A DNA stretch of 39,635 nucleotides from a virus (lineage: Duplodnaviria > Caudoviricetes). Below the pieces are notes generated by a model that ran no database searches, had not been told where the DNA came from, and worked only from the letters and a program-made list of their open reading frames with translations. Below are positions 20,101 through 26,100 of the stretch, piece by piece. A program made the translations under genes and the position numbers. The DNA lies in the IMG/VR virus record IMGVR_UViG_3300043403_000123, positions 1 through 39,635 of that record; one strand, written 5' to 3'. Within the stretch, counting starts at the first letter, position 1. Every line of letters starts with the position of its first letter.

Positions 20101-23100
20101 TTACGTCCTCGGTTTCCTGCAATAAGGTTTGCCTGCGCTTATCAGCATTCATGTACATGCGCTTTTGCACGTTACGGCTTTCTACTTCTCCGGCAAGACG
20201 GCGGTAGGCTTCAAATGGAGTTATTCCCTTACCCGTTGCGCTAATTGCAGTAAGTACCCATTCGTCAACCTTATTTTCTTCTACTGCTTTTTTGTAGGAA
20301 GGGAGGTCTGAATATTCCCTTTCAATTATTTTTTTGCTTTCTTCAAAGGCAATTTTTTTAGTCATGTTGTCATTTCCACCTTTGGCAAATCCTTCTTCAT
20401 GCTGTATGGCATGCTGTAATTCATGGAGTAGAGTAGATAATACAACTTGATCCACCCCCTTTATATCCTCCGAAATCTGTATGTTTTTGGTTTTGTAGTT
20501 GTACTGTCCATTTACACTTTCTGGCAGGTAAGCAAACCCAATCTTTATTTCATTCATCAGGTTAGGATATGCCTGCGCAAATTCACCTTCAATAATTCTT
20601 TTTATTGGTGCTTCATAAGAATTTGAATCGTTGGTTTCTTCGGTTATACGTTTGGTTAGGCTTGTAATAGGCAAGGCTTCTATATCGTTTGCCTTTAATG
20701 CTGCCATTACCTGTTGCATTAAATCCTTTTGGTACCTTGGCAATCCAAGTTCCTTATCCAATGCTTCGAGGTCTTTAATTGCTTTTTCCCTCCCGCCTTT
20801 TGTAAAATCTTCGTTAGGGTCGTTTTCAGCATTAAGTTTATCAATCAATAGCCTTGCCCTTACTGCCTCGTTAAACACTGCTTTATTTACGCCACGCCTT
20901 ACGGTTATATCCGGTATTTCGTACTTCCATCGTGAATCTGCTCCCTTTTCCCATCCGGTTGCCAAACGAATATTAAGCGGGTCTTTACCTGCCTGCCCCA
21001 TATCCTTTGCCACCTTTAAATCACTCAGTATCTTTTCAGCGTTCTGCATCCTTGCGGCTCCGGTGGGGCCTGCAATCATAAAGCGGATATCGTTGCTTTC
21101 TTTGCTGAATGTGCCACGGTTGCCGGTGGCAGATTTTACTTGGTTGGGGTTTGCTACATAGTAAACGGTTCCTGAATCCTGATAATCTTCATCATCAATC
21201 CATGAATCTTTTATGTTATTAAATATCACTCCATCGTACCTGTCTGTGTCAAGGTTTGCAGTTATTTCCCTTGTACTGTTCCCAAATTTACTGCCAATGT
21301 TGTCCCATTTTCTGCCCCTTGCATTAATGATTAATGGATTTTCTAATTTTAAATAAACCTCCATTACATTATCGCCACCTGCATATCCATCAGCATTCAT
21401 ATAGTCGTCTGTGAAAAATGCGCCTCCTGCAAATTCAGTAAATTCAGTCATTGTCCCATGATACACCACCATCGGGCTACCATCAGGATTAACCACCTTG
21501 CTATCCCCAAACCACTTTTTAAAGGCTTCGCTGTTGGTGAGGGGTGCTGCCATAAATTTAACATTCCCAGAATCAGGTATGCTTGGATTTTCAAAATCCT
21601 GCACTATCTTTGTGGCCTGCTCAATGAGCTTAACCACCTCGGCGGAATGGGACTGCCGTTGGTTAAGCCATTCGGGCAGATTTGTTTTATCAGCATATTC
21701 AAGCAGGTTATCTTCCACTATCCAAAGTAGCATTTCCCTTTCATTATCCTTCGGGTAAAGGCTGCGAATGTCGTTTATCTTCGCTTTTTTGCCGTCAATA
21801 TCAAGGTGTAAGGCCACCACATAATTAGTATTACCCTTCTGCATTTCGGTAAGGATCAGCTTGGCATTACCCCTTGTTTTGCTTTGGAATACTGCCAATG
21901 GCCTTGCTATTGCACCTGGCAAGTCGGTAATTTCAAATAGCTTAATATCGTGCTTGTCCTGCTTTTTGCTTAGTTGGGTGCTTGCCATTTCAATAGGCAA
22001 ATCCGGTACTCCGGTACTCAAAAGTATTTCGGATGGCGGGCCAAGTTCAAATACTTTAAACTGTCTGTCTTTTGCGTACTTCAATAAATCAGCCTCAAAT
22101 TTCTGTTCGGCTGCTTTTTGCGCCTGCCTGCGGGTGGGGTAATTGGTACCGCCAACCATGAAAAGGGTCATTTGCTTACTCGCTTCCTTCTCCATACCTT
22201 GGTACTTACCATATAGCCTGTTGGTTTCGGCTGCCGCTTTATCCATCCTTGTTTTAAACGGCTGCAGGGCTTTTTCGGCTGCTTTCAATTGTGGCTTTTC
22301 ATCAAACAGCTTTTGCATACCGCCACGTTCTTCCGGCGTTTGCCCAAACAGATCCACCACTCCCTGCTTGTAGCTTTTCATCAGTTCGGCTTTCTTCTTT
22401 TCGTATGCGCCCTTGGCCGCATCATACTCAGCCTTTGCAGCATCAAGTAGCTTGCGGGTTTCCTTTTGCTCAGGTGTGGTAGGGGTGTAAAGGGTTGCGC
22501 CTGCCATGAAACGGGTATCACCGCTTTCGCTTATGGGTGTCCTTGCCCTTTCCGAATCACTCATACCACTACGTATGGCACTATTCCGCGCTTCTATTTC
22601 GCCCGGTACATCAAGGTATGTTTCGTATGCTTCGCGGTAAATTTCTTGCGCAATGGGATTGGTAGCACGGTCTGCTATTACCTTATCTGCATCAAGGGGA
22701 ATTATGTAAGCTAATACCTGTGCATTTGCAGGGTTTGCTTCTTGCATAATTGATCTGTACCTTTCTGCAATAGTTGCGTCAATTACGTTTTTTAGGTTAG
22801 CCCCTGGCTGCCATTTTTCTTTTTTCTGAACGTAATGTTGAATTTCGTGGGTGATAAGTTGGGTCAGTAGCTTGGACAGCAACTCCGGTCGTTCAAGTTG
22901 TGCCATGATGTCCCCACGGCTACCCATCCCGGATCTTCCGGTGTCCACACCTGGGCGATTTCCTTTAAAGTAACCGCTTGTGAAATAACGTCCGGCCACA
23001 CTTTTGCTGCCATTGACAAATATCGTTGGCGCAATTTCCTTTTGAGGTAATCCTCTTTGCTCTCTTTGTGCATATCGTGCATAATCTGTTTCAAATTGGC

Positions 23101-26100
23101 TGGTGTAAAAATCCAAATATACATCCTTCAATTCAGGATACAAATCGGCAAGTTCCCCCAAATCCACCATATCCCCCAGCTTGCCGGTTCGTACTTCCCC
23201 ATCTAACGCATCCTTAAATGCTTTTATTGTTTCATCAGGAATTTGTATGGGTTGCGTATCTCTTACTAATCTTCCGTCTGGCAATTCTTCTACTCCGGTT
23301 GCTGCCCATAATTTGCGCTTGTCGGTTATGGTTTTAGCCATATCCTCGTAATTTTCCTGCATTTTACTGCCTGCAGGTACAATCATCATCCTGGCTTCTC
23401 CTTCCTGTTCTGCTAAATTACCCTTCAAGCCCTTCCCACTCAATATCCTTCCAGCTACCGCCCCGGCTAATTCATCCATGCTCATTGCCGCCACCTGCTC
23501 CGGTGTAGCATTTTCAAAATCCTTTGCTGCCTTAGCTGCACTCCACCTTGCCCCAATACCCGTTTTACGCTCAATAGCATACCCGCTTGCCCATGCTGCC
23601 AATTCCTCTGTATTGCGGATGGTAACGCCCAATATGGCATCCTTAATGTTCTGCCACATGGTAACCAAATCATCCTTAAATGAACGGCTCATGCGGTTGC
23701 CCTGTGCGCCCACTGCCCATGCAAGGGCTTCATCGGCTATTACTGCATTGCTCTTACCTGCATAGTTCGGGTTGGCCCTTACCTGTGCTTCCCAATAGCT
23801 GCCCTTGGTTTTAGCCATCATGGCATCATGCAAAGTCTTGTTATTGGCCTTAAGCCATTTTATAAATACATGGCTTGCTTCGTGTACCGGCGTATTGGCA
23901 TTAAAGTATTTATCGTTTAAAAGTATTTTACCTGTGTCGGGGTGTACAAATCCATACACATTCCCTTCCCGATTGGTATAGGTTTCTGTTTCGTCCTTGG
24001 CTACGGAATCAACGGCTTTGGCGAAATTGGCCTCAGTCATTACTTCAATGCCTTTAAAATTTGGTACCCCTGCAAACAGATTTTTAATAACCTTAATTAT
24101 ATTTTTAGACCTTTTGCTATCGCTATCAATGGCATCAATATCACTCCCAAAAAATGTTTTCTGTTTAGCAGGGTTCAACCGGGCTTCTTTGCCTATGGGT
24201 GCAGCATCCTTGCTCTCTCCCATAAATGGTGCATCTTCCAAATCATCAAGGTTGGTATCTTCCCCAAAAGGGTTGTCTGGCAAGTTGGCAATAAAATCAT
24301 CATTGGCGGCTGTGTTGCCTGCGGCTTCTGCATCAATAATACGTTTTTGTTCTTCGGGATTAAGTAACCCACCTGCTGTAATATCTGTATCTATATCATC
24401 CTGCGTTTCACCTTCCTGCTCATACGCGGGTAATCTGCCATTGTACCATTCCACTACTTCTTCATCACTCTTTTCAAGTTTTCCAGCAAGGTCTTTTGCC
24501 ATTTGGGCCGTACTTGAATAGTCGTTTAGTACTTTTTCAACGGCTTCCCTAAAATCCTGATCGGTGTATTTATCCCTTGTACCATCCGGTATTTCTGCCC
24601 ATATTCGTTCCGCAAGCTCCTTTATGCCCGGACCATTTTTATCCATTATACCAATACGTGCCTGCCTTTCGGCTGTTACTGCCTTATCGGCTACGCCAGT
24701 ATTTAATGCTAAATTGCCCCCCCCAAATAAGTCTTGTATTGCCTGCGCTGAAATTTTACCGCCACCTATAAAGTAGCGCATTACCCTTGTTAAAGGTGTA
24801 AAATCATCCTCAGTACCTTCCATAGCCTTCCGGCTTATGGGGTTGCTTAGTTGCTTTGCTTTCCTTGGCTGGCTTGCTGTTGCCTGCGGTACCGGGCTAA
24901 CGCCTGCGTTAGTAGTGTTATTTCCTGCGGTTTCAGGCTGTTCCAAACCGGACTGTACTTGCGCTTGTTGGGCTGTTGCGCCGGTGGCTGTTGTGGTTGC
25001 TGCTGCTTGTCCATTACTTTGTAACGTTTTTATTATTGGTTTATTGCCCTGCTGCTGCATTTTTATTGCCGCTTCTTGTGCAACTTGTTTTGCAGCATCC
25101 AATTGGGTGTAGGTTAATACTGCCCCACGCTCGTTGGTTATGGGCTTTGGCTTACCATTGGTGCCGGGGGTATAAACGGTAAATACCCCATTGCGCCCCG
25201 GCTCAACGGTTGCCATGGTATTGCCATCCTTATCCTGCAGGCTTACTATTGCCTTACTGTTATCCTCGGTATCGGCCCATGTGCCGTTATCAATTTCAAT
25301 GGCAGGGGCTTTTGTTGCTACCCCTGTCGCTCCCATATCTTCGGTAAGTGCCCCCGCTAATTGATTTGCTATGGCCTGTTCTTCGGGGGTTAAATCTTCC
25401 GGTGTTGAAGTAGTAACGCCCGTAACTGCTTGTTGTGCGGCCTGTTGCTGCTGTTTAGCTTGTTCCAATATTTCTTCGGGAGCTTGTAAATCCATGTAGT
25501 CATTTACAATCAATTTATTATCTACAAGCCTATTTCTCCCATCCTGACTTTCCTTAATTTCTTTTAAAATTTGGGCTTTTATTACTGGGTCTTTTGTGGC
25601 TTCGGCCTTTTGGTACAATACCTTTTCATTGGCTGCCATCAATACCCACTTATCCAGCTTTTTTGCCGAAAGGTTAAGGGTGGATGGATCGATATTGGTA
25701 AGTTCCTTGTTTACCTGCTGAATATAGGCAATGCTGCTCAGCTTGTCCTTTGCTTCGTCCGGGGTGTATAAGGTTCCGGTATTATCCTGCACATGCCGTA
25801 TAAGGCTGTTGGTAAGGGTAGCATCCCTGCCTATTTGTGCCAATTGTGGAATAAGAAAATCAGCACTTTTGCGCCTGCCTGTACGGTATGCCCCGTAAAT
25901 ACTCATGGGCAAAAACCCTAATCCGGTGGCTATGGCTACATCCTTGCTGTTTTTAATGGTCTGTACAATATCAGCTTCCTCTGGTGCCATCAGGCTTTTT
26001 TCTATAAAATCAGCCCATTCAATAATCACTTCTTCACTTATTTCGCCTACCGTTCCCATGCCTGCATTCAGGGCAGTATTCCATGCTCCTTTCAATACGC

